A stretch of DNA of 63,827 bases, the filler included, from Folioceros fuciformis (taxonomy: Eukaryota): assembly GCA_049999805.1 (NCBI GenBank). It is 22 parts of 22 records of this genome, joined end to end, with 100 filler letters (N's around TTAATTAATTAA, not from the genome) between each part and the next. Parts side by side here need not be neighbours in the genome. Positions count along the whole stretch, not along the records: positions 2,176 to 12,779 come from JBNGIO010000430.1; positions 12,880 to 14,481 come from JBNGIO010000431.1; positions 14,582 to 20,759 come from JBNGIO010000432.1; positions 20,860 to 23,576 come from JBNGIO010000433.1; positions 23,677 to 28,191 come from JBNGIO010000434.1; 17 more parts are not named here. The stretch is one strand, 5' to 3'. Within the stretch, counting starts at the first letter, position 1. Every line of letters starts with the position of its first letter. This document shows positions 12,067-23,765 of this stretch, piece after piece. Both the position numbers and the translations under genes were made by a program. The notes beneath the pieces are model-generated. The model ran no database searches, had not been told where the DNA came from, and saw nothing but the letters and a program-made list of their open reading frames with translations.

Positions 12067-12779
12067 TCAGTTCGGAACCGTCTGAACAATCTGCTGGAAC
12101 AATCTCTGCTTTTTTAACCTGGTAGAGGTCATCAGCAACTTTCTCTTACCCTGTACTGGAGGCACAGCTGCTGAAGGTGGTACCCAAGACGAAGAGGAAG
12201 AGAGTCCCGCGCCGGATTGCTGGGTGTCGAAGGGAACCATGTCTAAAACCTTGCCCAATTCGACGCTGTCGGCCGACAAGTTGCCGGTTCTCATGAGATA
12301 GGAAGCTGCATCCTCATCGTCTTCAAGCCCCGCCGAAGCCAGCTCCTGGGATATAGATGACGAGGACTCCCATGATCCTGCCCTAACGAAAAAAGACATG
12401 GCATCCTCCTCATCCCCAACAGCAAGAGGTTGGTTCTTGTCATCCCGCGCCGCCCCTTCAGCAGTTCCGTCATCTAGACCGGGCCCATCCTCACTCAACG
12501 AGGACCTCAGCCGCTGGACCATTTCCTCATCGTAAATTCCCTGCGTCCGCGCAATGTACGCCACGAAGTCCTCATCCTTGTTGGGCGGCGTCACCCCTGT
12601 AATGCCGGAGACGGCAAACCCTCCAGCCAGCAATGCCTCAAAATCCTCAACATCAAACTGGCTGCTGCTCCCCTCCATATCCCCGCTGCACGCCCGCTGA
12701 GTCTCCTTCCCACTCCTAGAAGACGACGCCGAAGGCTGGCTCACGGCCGCTGACGAATCCGACGACGCCGGCCCCGCAC
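12067..12779 (-). CDS. Unknown acidic ORF, open at the contig end, possibly transposon-derived
   Basis: 225+ aa open frame with an internal repeated motif; no recognised domain. Confidence 0.35.
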
Positions 12780-12879
12780 NNNNNNNNNNNNNNNNNNNNN
12801 NNNNNNNNNNNNNNNNNNNNNNNTTAATTAATTAANNNNNNNNNNNNNNNNNNNNNNNNNNNNNNNNNNNNNNNNNNNN

Positions 12880-12946
12880 GTGGGATAAGTGTGGCCACTA
12901 AAGGTGGAACCCGTCGGCAATCAGTGCCCGGGGTTTTCCCTCCACA
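12880..12946 (+). mobile_element. LTR family B 3' end
   Basis: gtgggataagtgtggccactaaaggtggaaccc...cctccaca, shared with copies ending near 38788, 41002, 48516 and 62433. Confidence 0.8.
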
Positions 12947-13083
12947 ATCGCAGAGAAGCAAGCGTTCTTGAAAATGATAACCACCATGTCACATATTCCA
13001 TCCTAGGATAGGAAAGAATGCAACGCAGCAATTACCACGCATGAAGCATCAGGCTAGAACAGTGATTAGGGGATCAAAGTCCG

Positions 13084-13622
13084 GCTCTGATACCATGGGA
13101 GATCGCAAGAGAGATGCTTGCTTAGGAAAGAAAATGTACGGACCATGTCTTATGAACGCGGTAGCGGTGGACGGTTGGCCGATAGGGGTCCTAACCGCCA
13201 GCTAGGGTTTCTAACCTAATGACCTATAACTAACTAACTACATGTATACTCTCACTCTAAACTCGGATAATCCTACATCCATATTTGCATCTGCGAGTCT
13301 CTGCTTTTCTTCTTCCATGCGCTTCCAGTTTCTAGTAGAGTACACATAATCTTGAAAAGGCTTCGACAACAATTCTAGGTCTGCTATGTCCGCTGGTTTC
13401 TGCCAAAAAACAATACGATAAGAATTTCCACACAAATAATGTAAACACATTCTATGGACTAAGGTAGTCTAGCCTTAGTCAGCAGATTATCACTTTCAAT
13501 GGCTAGAGTGCGCTGGTCAACTGGCGCACCCTAGCTAGGTTAGAAGATAAGTCTATCCATGTGGTGGGAGTGCGCCGATCTACTGGCATACTCCCGCTAG
13601 CATACACAAAACCTTCTGAACA
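13084..13622 (-). mobile_element. tRNA-iMet primer binding site (13084-13095) with an adjacent probable LTR
   Basis: gctctgatacca is the reverse complement of TGGTATCAGAGC. The distal LTR boundary is uncertain. Confidence 0.5.
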
Positions 13623-13669
13623 CTGTGAAACGGAAAAGTACCATTAGTGAAGGCACTCTAGAATTTGAG

Positions 13670-14160
13670 TAGGTGGCAGTCTTTCGTGTGCTTGGGATAC
13701 AACTCTTCTGCTTCTTCAAATGTTGCGCACTTCAAAGCTATTTTGAAAGCATGTTGTATCAAGTGTATCTTTTTCTTTTTCCCTACCTCCGTATCCATGT
13801 CTTTCAAGTGCAACTTGCCCTAGATGACCTTCTGCGTAACGGCTATTAGCAGTTCTTCTCCTTTCACATTGGTTGGGACTCCTTAAAAAGCCCTCTAAGG
13901 CCTGCCTTGCATTGCTGCAGCCTTCTTCAAAGACTCACTTGACATTTGCACACTAGATGAACCGAGCCCAACATCCCAAGGTTTCCTTTTAGCTTTCACT
14001 TGTTTCTTCATTCTAAAACTTCCAATTGCTACCTATTAAGGGAGCTTAATCCTCTCCCACATTCAAAATATTCTATCAATGTTTTGCGACAGAATCCCAC
14101 TACACTTGGCCACCCTATATGGTAATGTCTGCCTATCTACCATCTTCTACACTCAATCTA
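13670..14160 (-). pseudogene. Degraded coding fragment, probably a transposon-associated helical protein
   Basis: Interrupted frame VAKCSGILSQNIDRIF*MWERIKLP...KVI*GKLHLKDMDTEV...LIQHAFKIALKCATFEEAEELYPKHT. Confidence 0.35.
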
Positions 14161-14200
14161 TGGAAAATGCGAATACGTAGTAATTAGCATTTTAAGTAGC

Positions 14201-14440
14201 TGTGAACCTCTGAAGTTTGGGGTATTAGTTTGTTTTGGTTGAAAAAGGGTTAATAGTGGTTGGTTTGGTTTTCTTTTTCTACTTCTTTTTCCTAATTTTT
14301 CTTTATTTTTTTGGTCATTTTCCTATTTCTCTTTGTGCTAATTAGGTTAATTGACTAGGAAATAGTTGGTTTGGTTATTAAAGTGGGTACAGGTCTGGTT
14401 CCAGCCGTGGGAAAGTTTAGGTCCGGTACTGGGCCATAGG
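14201..14440 (+). mobile_element. LTR family C 5' end
   Basis: tgtgaacctc...gtttggggta...ggttgaaaaagggttaatagtgg, also present at 28124 (+), 23677-23765 (-) and 60456-60731 (-). Confidence 0.8.
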
Positions 14441-14684
14441 GTTATTAAAGCCCAATGTGCTTAGACTAATGTGATTAGTCTNNNNNNNNNNNNNNNNNNN
14501 NNNNNNNNNNNNNNNNNNNNNNNNNTTAATTAATTAANNNNNNNNNNNNNNNNNNNNNNNNNNNNNNNNNNNNNNNNNNNNTCGCTTGGCACAGGCGAGG
14601 AAACATTGATGAACCTGGACCGAAGCAAAGACATGTTGTTTTGTCAAATATACTGTACAAATTTATGCACAATTTGAGGATAGA

Positions 14685-17600
14685 CTACAAACCCAGTTTC
14701 CCAGTTGTATACCCTGCATGCTTGGAGGAAAGTACCACTGGTTGGTGACCCCTTGATATTAGTCGATCAGACAAACTCCTGCAAAGAAGGTCCGCATTCT
14801 GTAGATACCCAGACAGAAACAATCCAAATTCCTGGAGGACAAAGGCAAGCACCAGATTTTGTACGTTAGGTGTAAGCTAGTATTACACCTCATAACAGAA
14901 GACGAGGACTCTGTGTTTGTGCTTTGCAACGATGGAATCCGCTTGAGACCAGCCCTGACAGGGACTTCGGGCATGTCCCCACATGCAACCAACCTGAACT
15001 AGCACCCACAACGTGCCAACATTAGGCTCCATGCAGCCAATTAGCATCGAAAAGCAACAACACGAAAAAACCCTAACAAAGCTTCTTCAAATTCTGGAGG
15101 AGCAATAAGAAGATCTAGCTCACTTGTGACAGCCAAACAGACTGAGTGCCATCAGGCTAACTGGTTCTGGGATTTCTGAACATTCATCCATAACACATAT
15201 CTGCAATCGGCAGAGAGCGCAGAGTTTTCAATGAGGGTAGGAGACAGGTAGCAAAAACATAACTTGAGTACCTGAGGTCCTCACCTTGAAACTGCACTTT
15301 GCCATAAGTGCACTGCTCAAGTCATGGCATGTTGCGCCAACCACACGCACCTGATGCAGTTTTTTCTGTCTGTCTTGCATGTTTCCATCCCTGATTGCTC
15401 GCAGCTCTGCTTCAACTAGCTGCAAAGTACTCATGTGAATGGGACAGATCGACAGGCATCAACTGTAACGGTATGGGTGCCTACTCACGAACCAGTTTTT
15501 CTCCATCATTCACTCTATTTAGCAGCCTCTCAAGTTCTTTCTCCACGCTATCCGTCTCAGAGTTGCTGTCAACGAGATACCTGTATTGGGAAGAATAAGT
15601 GCCGTAAGAGTAGGTGACTAACATCTGGAGTAAAACATGAAAAACTTCAAGGTTCAGAACACACAATTACTGCCCCTCTGCACTTACGGAAAGATATTTG
15701 AAGCAGTATTCCTAAAGCTCCCCACACGTAGAAAGTCATGCAACCCGTGGTCCAAAAGCCCATTTAGAACCCTGCCGCAGCCAAATATGAGTTTGAGATA
15801 GAACCTCGCAATTGCCCATCCCACTCTCTTCCAATTCAGGGCTAACGAAGTTGATGCCTTATACCTATCAAGAGCAGCATCTGTGGCTGCTGACACTAGG
15901 ATCCTTGTCTTAGAGTCTCCCTTTCCCTACAGCAAGCATCTATGATTAGCCCTATTCTGATGCAAATTTTCTAAAAAAATCCTTGGTGTGGTGATTCAAA
16001 ACCGACCTTGAGGAGGTCAACAAGCGTGACGACTACAATCGCAAGCAGATTGCCTGCAAAACACACAACTGAAGTTTGTAGCAAGCAAACGACCAATACA
16101 TTGAAAGGACGCCTATGGAATCTGAAACTTTTTCCTCACTTGTTCCTGAGCCAGAAGTTCCACAGATAAAGCATACATCTGTTTTAGCCGAACGGTGATG
16201 AGGTGAAGCCCATCTAGTTGTCTGGTGAAGAATTTTCAACTGCGATCACAATGGCCGCTGTAGGATGAAATGTAACTTACAGACACAAACACTGAGGAGT
16301 GAGATATCTGGCAGTTCTTTGGTCACCTGGTCTTCCGACAGCTTATACTCTGCCAGACAAGGTTGAATCGGTCCTGTTCCTAATGTGTCAGAAGATGAGT
16401 TCACAGGGGATCTAAGAAGCCGACTGACAAGGGGTGTGGACCCATCCTCCAATTGTCTGTTGCAGAAAATACCGAGTACCTAACGTAAGGCCTAGATTTG
16501 ACACCTAATACGTGTGCTTAATCCTGGACGCTCTGTATTAAGCAACTGGAATCATACAAAAACCTCGTAGATGTGATGTTGGAAAACGAAGCACTAAACA
16601 CCCCGCTACTGCTAGGAACGTGGTCAAACCTTATTACTCTCAATAACCCCAATTCCCGAGATGCTCCCTCATAGCGAAGAGCGAAAAGGTTTGACTGGCG
16701 CGCTCTAGGTGGGCTGTCCCCAATAAAGTTCAGCTGAGGCGTGAGATGCACACAATCAGGAACGAGCAAACAATGACAAGATATTCACAATCAAGAAGAA
16801 ATAACAAATATTTGGCCAACCATGCATTTACAAACCTGAATCAAGCCTGCTGTGAACTCCATGACGGTAATAGCTTCAGCCACCACTACAAAGTCTTCCC
16901 TGAAAGAAGAACAGAACATCACGTCACAAAATGCCTGGAGGTACTGCCAAGTACAAATGCATATGCACACCCAACAAGGCTTCAACAAAAACCATACGAC
17001 TGACATACTTTGCTCTTTGCAAAAACTCCGAATTATTGCTAACAATCCAGACGCCCCCCCTGACATGAGAACAGAGAATCACGATCAATAGGCCGCGTGC
17101 ACCAAGGCCTCACAAACAGCCCTAACCAGGATAATAATTGTGCCTTGGACGTTCTGACTGTCTGTTATGTGGTATACTCAGAAGAACTGTGGGCTTGCCA
17201 TGTTTCTCCCTTTGTCCCCCAGGGCTTTTTCTGCGAAGACCACAATCTCATGATATCAGGTCGCACGTTGCTATATGACTAACTTAAGGCTATCTGTGCC
17301 AACAGGTACCGCAACCCATACTTGTCGAACAAGCGACAATTCCGATAGAAATCAATATCCAGTGAGTGTAGAGTCTCTTCCAATATCTCCAGAGACAGGC
17401 CGCCACGGGGTAGAGGTCCTGGAAGACAGAGAGATCACTACATTTAGATACAACCACAATCTAAGAAAGAGCAACGTAGAAGAGGAGGGAAGACTGAGGG
17501 ATCTGAAAAGGACCTTCATCTGCACGGGTAAATAGACATTCGACGTGCTGCTTAGGACATCTATAAACAAGGCACCCCTTCATAGGCCCCTCCTGTCATC

Positions 17601-19515
17601 CACGGTGCATTAGGGGATAGGTGGAACTATACCAATGGGACGCAAACAAGTACCCACCATGCTTACTTCTTTTGCTAGCTCAATATTGGCTTGTCCATGC
17701 TGACAGGACGGTCGCGGTGTGTATACGCTAGAAGCTCTAGTTCTTGCTTCAGAGAAATGAGCAACAAATTCTCGGAGCTGTTGCACTCCAAAGAAATTAT
17801 CAATTCTACCACTCAGGACCTGCACTCACAGACTACTCCCAGAAAAGTTAGAACAGCTAATGTAGACATACTTTTGAATTGATATCCCCAGCCACTCCTT
17901 CACACATGATCTGTTTGTACGACAGGAACCCTGTGAAGGTATCAGGAATAACTACGCTTGCAGATTCCCGTGGTTCGAGTCCAATACGCAGGTAGATGTC
18001 CTGACTCCTGGCTCCCTTCAAGTTCTCGTCATGGCCTCGAGGGACCGAAGGTGGAGGAAAGGGGAGGACAGCATCAGTACGTGATCCAGAACACACTTCA
18101 CCTTTGCACAGAGCAGGGGTTTTAGCTTGGGGCCTTCGAGTCTGGGTACTGGGTGATGTCAGCGCGCTGCCTCCGGAGGTACTCTCTCCACCACCCACTT
18201 CCTTGCAGCCACGCTTAATAACTTCCCTCACAGAGCTTAACATACATTCAATTTGGACATTAGATGGACGTTCTCCAACATCATCCAATACCATGTCTTG
18301 CTGCTGACAAATGGCGTCTTTGGTTGCTTTGGGTGGGCTTTTTGAACCACTTGTCTCAACTGCAGACACATGTCGTGGTCTCTTCAGGCGCTGAAGTATT
18401 TCATCAGCTGCAAGCCACAATCAACAACACCATCAACAATTTGCTCACGTCCAAACACCCAAAGTTCTCCATCACCGCACGACACCAAGGCGCCTCATTC
18501 GACACTGACCAGTCCGGCCAGCTGCTGTGCACCGTTTTCCCTTGTTCGAATCCAAATCACGTTCCTGTGCCACCGGTGTATCCCCTACAGCTAGAGGGAC
18601 AACAACTCGATTCATCACAGCACCTGCTTCGGAACCTGCCTCAACCCTCGAGCTACCCTCCCTGTCACTAGTACTAGCTCCTGTACATGTCGCCGTAGGG
18701 GATCTACCAATCGGGCTGCCGACCTCAACTTCAATCCTTGGAGAAATGGTGAGCTTGCATCCACTAGCCACCACGTCGTCCTTACTCAGGGTTACGGAGC
18801 CCATGACCTTCCCCTCATCGTCATTCAGTATAAGCTGCTCCGAACAAGCGCGTAATTCAGTACCAGCCGACTACCGATCCCAAACCCACGAGAAATTCAA
18901 CAATTCACCAACCGAAAGCACAACTCCCAAACTATACTACCTTCCGCGGATTCGTAGGACACGGAACCAAAACCCCGTCAGCAAATCTCTTCTTCCGCCC
19001 CACACTCTCCGCGTACAGCACGCTCCACCTTGCACTGCAACCGGCTGCCAAAAATTCACAGCCCTCCCTTCAACACTCTCTCTCAAACACAAACACTCCG
19101 AGAGCAAATCGACCTCGACCAAAATCCATCCCTTCCCACCTTTCCCAGCTTGAGCTGTGGCACAAACAGCAACACTCGGCCCCGACCCCTCTCCAACCGG
19201 GTTTCCAACCGAAACCAAGTAGCCGGCAAACTCCAAGGTATCACCAGATTTCACGTCCTCGCAGGAATTCAAATACCTCTCTTCCAGCAGCTTCTCAGAT
19301 TCGTCCAGCAGACACGCCTGAATTGCGCACGACGCAATCTCAATTCGCTGCACTGTAATGTCATCTCAGCAGCAATCCCGACGAAATAACTCAATCCCTC
19401 AAACCTTGCGTTGGGTTGGCGCGAATTGCTTCACGAGGAGGAGACCGTCGTGGTAGACCTTGTTCTTCTGGTGTTTGTGTTTGGTGTATGTGACACTCCA
19501 TCTCAATACCTTCAT
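14685..19515 (-). CDS. ZGRF1: ZGRF1-like protein: two DUF2439 domains, GRF-type Zn finger, degenerate UPF1-like SF1 helicase; multi-exon
   Basis: MKVLRWSVTYTKHKHQKNKVYHDG...LEFAGYLVSV (DUF2439); second copy WSVLYAES...RFADGVL; IPDTFTGFLSYKQ; PSCQHG...GPMKGCLVYRCP...CLF; helicase blocks RILVSAATDAALDRVL, DFLRVGS, VRVVGATC, VMDECSE and SLSDRL. The 3' end is tentative. Confidence 0.85.
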
Positions 19516-19812
19516 GCTCTCGGACGCTCGGCGAGCAAATGTGTGTCAGCCTGCCTGGAAAAAGCTCTAGCGGCTGGAGAGACTAGTCTACGTGCTGGAG
19601 ACTTGGCCGTCATCCATCTCACGGCGAGCAGAATGGCCTTCCAAATCAGGCGATGGCGGGAACATCCCGGAAACGAGCTCAACAAGAACTCCTCGCAGTA
19701 TTTTCACCAAAATTCGGCTGAAATAGGGGAGGCCACACCTCGAGGTTAATTATATTATTGTGTAGATAACACCCAGGTATTCCAGAAAATATTTTCCCCT
19801 TCAATATCATTT

Positions 19813-20759
19813 TCAAAAATTACTTACTGCTCCCAAAATGTCATGATGTGGAATAACAATTGGCCTACCTACCGGTGCCAAAGAAGCCCTTTGACCTTGA
19901 CCTGCACTTGTTGCTGTTCTAAAAACTGCATTGGCCAATGCTCGTTGCAAAGCAATGGATACATGTTGTCGAAAGAAGGTCACCTCAGAGGAAAGAGGGA
20001 GAACACCATTCATATTGCTCTGATAAACCTTGGCACACTCCTTGATAAACCTTGAAAAGTTCTTGTCCATAGCTCCATGAGTCTCAAGAGCAAGGGGGAT
20101 GAAAGTATGCATATCTTGCAAGGGAGAATACTTATGGACTTTGGCACTTGCACAACCTCTACTGCCCAACCAGGGGGGTTGATGATGACGTGCTCACAAA
20201 TCGAATCCCTAGTAGAATCCGTAACAACCACATCAGCAACACAAACCTGTTCTCCCCTAGTGAAGAAAAGGTCGGTCTAAGTGAAACCCCATTGCGCAAA
20301 GTATATGGACGCTCCCTATACGGAAGAAACCCACACTCCCTAGCCATTGAGAACATGACATCTCGAATTGCATCATGAGTGGCAATGCGGTGTCCCCCGA
20401 CAGGACAACGTGCCAAATAGGACCCTGTATCACCAATGGCAACCCCACAATTGCATGTAGAGAGAGAAACAGCAAGAGGTGGGCCAAACCTAAGCGAAAT
20501 CTCATCGCGTTGGCAAAAGTTGCTAGTGCGATTCGAAATGCCTGGATGCAAGGTCGAGCTAAAAGCCAAGAGCGCTCTCCTTTTCCTAAACAAAATCGAA
20601 TACGAGCTCAAGAAGACCTAGGGATGGAAGAGTCTGAAAGAAGGGCTCTTAGTGCTTGGCCATATTGCTTTTCTAGGAGGGAGGCTTGGAGACCCTTCAA
20701 CCCTTCCCTAGAAAAGGAGGTAGAGCCTCATGAGCCTCCAAAGGTAGAGAATCCCTCGC
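19813..20759 (-). mobile_element. CRE-clade-like non-LTR retrotransposon C-terminus (Zn knuckle plus restriction-like endonuclease), frameshifted
   Basis: CNCG...YLARC...THDAIRD, D-V-V-V-T-D, AKVHKY, FIPLALETHG, HVSIALQRA; a second copy lies at 52568-53530. Confidence 0.8.
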
Positions 20760-20859
20760 NNNNNNNNNNNNNNNNNNNNNNNNNNNNNNNNNNNNNNNNN
20801 NNNTTAATTAATTAANNNNNNNNNNNNNNNNNNNNNNNNNNNNNNNNNNNNNNNNNNNN

Positions 20860-21265
20860 AGCTTTGTTGTGGCACATATGGGAGCATTTATTGATTGCAG
20901 CAGAAGCTTTGGAGCAATCCTGTTGGAAACAGTTTAAGAGGAAATTATGGAGGTCGGCGGGCTTCCTAATGACAGGTACGTGTTGGAATCATTCGTGCCC
21001 CTGGGGAAGGTGAGCCGTTAGGGGCCTTGGGAGACTTCGAGGGGTGAGTATTAGTGGCTTTGACAGTCTGCGGGTATCATAGTGGAGGGGAGCGCTCTCT
21101 GAGCTGATTGTCTTGAGTTTTGGACTCAAGGCTAGTCTTCCGCAACTCTCTTGTGGTGCTTGACATATGTACATACGTTTGCAGGGGGTCCCCCCCCCTT
21201 TTTGTATCGTAAGTGAGAGGCATCTTCCACTCTTAATCAGAATTATATTTTTTACGAAAAAAAAT
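20860..21265 (+). mobile_element. Probable L1-type LINE 3' end
   Basis: ALLWHIWEHLL...WKQFKRKLW is typical of LINE ORF2 C-termini; a short A tract follows near 21258. Confidence 0.4.
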
Positions 21266-22948
21266 CTGTCATACTCTGATCTTTTTCCCACGAAAAAGGG
21301 GAGGGGGGAAAGAAGTTACTCCTTTCATCGATCTCGTGTGAAGTGAGTCATTGAAGAGTCGAAAGACCAGTAGCCTTGGTGTGCACGATAGGGAGGATGC
21401 ACCCAAGGGCAAGCATCTGTGTGCACTATTACAAGAATATACATATATATCAATATAGGGGTTGGCCACCCCATATACAAAGTATGCTAAGTCCAAACAA
21501 TCTTGGGGTTGAAGAGATTCAGATGTTGAAAGGCAAGATCTTTAAAAGCACAATACTTTACCGCCAGAAAGTAAATATGAAATAAAATTCTACGGTCCAT
21601 AAGTTTTATTATCAAAATTCAAAATACATCTTAGTAGAATTATTGAATGTACATAAATTATACATGCTATATACCTTTATGCTTTTAACAACACATGATT
21701 TGATGGAATACCATAGACACAAAAGCATAACGTAAGCTAGCATTCAATACACATGTGAAGCCAAGAAATGTGGTTGCGATATTGTTTTTCAACTTGTGTA
21801 TTTTTTTCCTTCGATCTAAAGAAAATATAGTCAAATTTAATTGTAAATATAACCAAAGAATTTTAATACTAAAATATTATTCACATATTAAAAAGTGTAT
21901 ACATTTAGAATAGTATTTATATTTAAATATATATATTTAAAGTAAATTTATATTCACGATTTATGGATCCTAAATGACATCACAGCATTCAATCAATGTT
22001 ACTAAAGAAGGAGACGACTTCACAAAATAGGATATGTAGTCTTCTCCTCCTTGGGTTCTTGTTCTTCAATTTTTACATTTATCTCTGCATAATATTTATT
22101 TATATAGGGCTCCTATTTATTACTTAACTATGCATCAAATCCTAAGCAAATTAGAAGTAACTTTCAACCCTAATACATATGAAAACAAATTCTAAGCTTT
22201 CTAAAGGGTATCTCATTGAAATTTTAAATATTATTATATTAGGCTCCGTCACCTTTGTGTGAATATTTAAGATTATTTATTACAAGGTAGATAATTTCTT
22301 CCATCTTCTTTTTTCAATAAAGTGTCCTCATTCCCTGGAAATTTAATATACATATTATTATAATTATAATATTTTATGAAATGTAAATAAGTTTATAAAA
22401 GATAATCCACTATTTGGGAGTACCTATTAACCCCAAGAGCTCACCCAATGTTTGAACATGATAAAGAAGTACATGCAATTTTCTTCTCATTTCTAGGTAT
22501 TTAATATTCTATTATATATCTTTATTATTATTTTTAAATAATAATACATTTCTAAAGTCTTAAATAAAAAATTAATTTTAAAAAATAATCCATGTATCTA
22601 AGAAGAAATTGAAAGGAAATGGAGCCAACACATGAGGGCGATGATGATTGTATTCTTTGTACAAAATTGTGGGTAAACGAGTTTGTGGTTGTCTTTGCAT
22701 TCTTATGGTCATAGTTTCCATGCATCTTGCATAGCTAAGTGGTTTTTTAGTAAGGTGGAAGTGGATGAAGATGCACTTGAGCCTGAACCAGAATTTGAAA
22801 GTTAATGTTCCATTTTCCGAGCTAATTGGAGCTTAAGATCCACAACAAGTTGAGAATGTAAATAATAAAATGGAAGGTACTAACATAAATGTAGACCATG
22901 CGCGAGCTAAACAAACTTGTTAATGCACATAGAAAGAAAGTAATGAAG

Positions 22949-23576
22949 TTATTTATTTATTTATTTATTTATTTATCATTAGGCGTATGCAGCCGTGAGG
23001 CTATGACGCCGGAACGTGAATCAGAAACATGATTGAAGAATGGACACTTCGGGAAAGCGCAAAAGAAAGAGGATTAGAGCAAACAAAATAGCAAATCTAG
23101 ATAGCTATGTCAGTAAGCCTAAGTTAAGTAATCGCCAACCGCCTTGAAGTAAGAGAGAAGTTTTTCCCTGATTTTGGGAACACTAAGAAGTTGGCGGATA
23201 TGGTAGTAAGAGCCTTGAAACATCTGGATCCAAGTGTTGCGAGTGGCCATACATTGGCCAAGGATGTGGTGACGAGTTTCTTCTGAAGACCTGCATTTCC
23301 GACAAAATGGATCCTCTGCAATGTTGAATCTCCTAAAGTAAGCCCCAATAGCCATATGCCCAGTCCGAAGCTGGGTGAGAAATGATGAGAGCTTACGGTC
23401 ATGGAGACCAAGGTGTTGTAGCACCAAGGCCAAAGGGCCACCAAGCACCACCCTCTTAAGTGCAGAAGCCTTAGTTGAGGAAACCCACCGTAAACGCCAC
23501 TCCTGTAGATTTGCAGTATGAATTTGCTGGCGAGCTCTGGACACTGATAGGATCCGGTCTTCGCGGGAAATGGGAA
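22949..23576 (-). mobile_element. I/R1/Tad1-group LINE 3' end with (TAAA)n tail
   Basis: LTQLRTGH...CRKCRSSEETRHHILGQC Zn knuckle; 3' UTR hairpin at 22982-23010; ATTT repeats at 22949-22976 on the plus strand. Confidence 0.75.
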
Positions 23577-23676
23577 NNNNNNNNNNNNNNNNNNNNNNNN
23601 NNNNNNNNNNNNNNNNNNNNTTAATTAATTAANNNNNNNNNNNNNNNNNNNNNNNNNNNNNNNNNNNNNNNNNNNN

Positions 23677-23765
23677 AAAATAAGTTGAAAAAGAAAACCA
23701 AACCATACCACTATTAACCCTTTTTCAACCAAAACAAACTACTACCCCAAACTTTGGAGGTTCAT
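23677..23765 (-). mobile_element. LTR family C 5' end
   Basis: Reverse complement of the motif at 14201 and 28124. Confidence 0.75.

Noticed and set aside
21400-22900. Faint kinase-like words (LLGLIGTP, FPGNED) in AT-rich DNA
   Set aside because: Too short and out of order; cannot be distinguished from chance.
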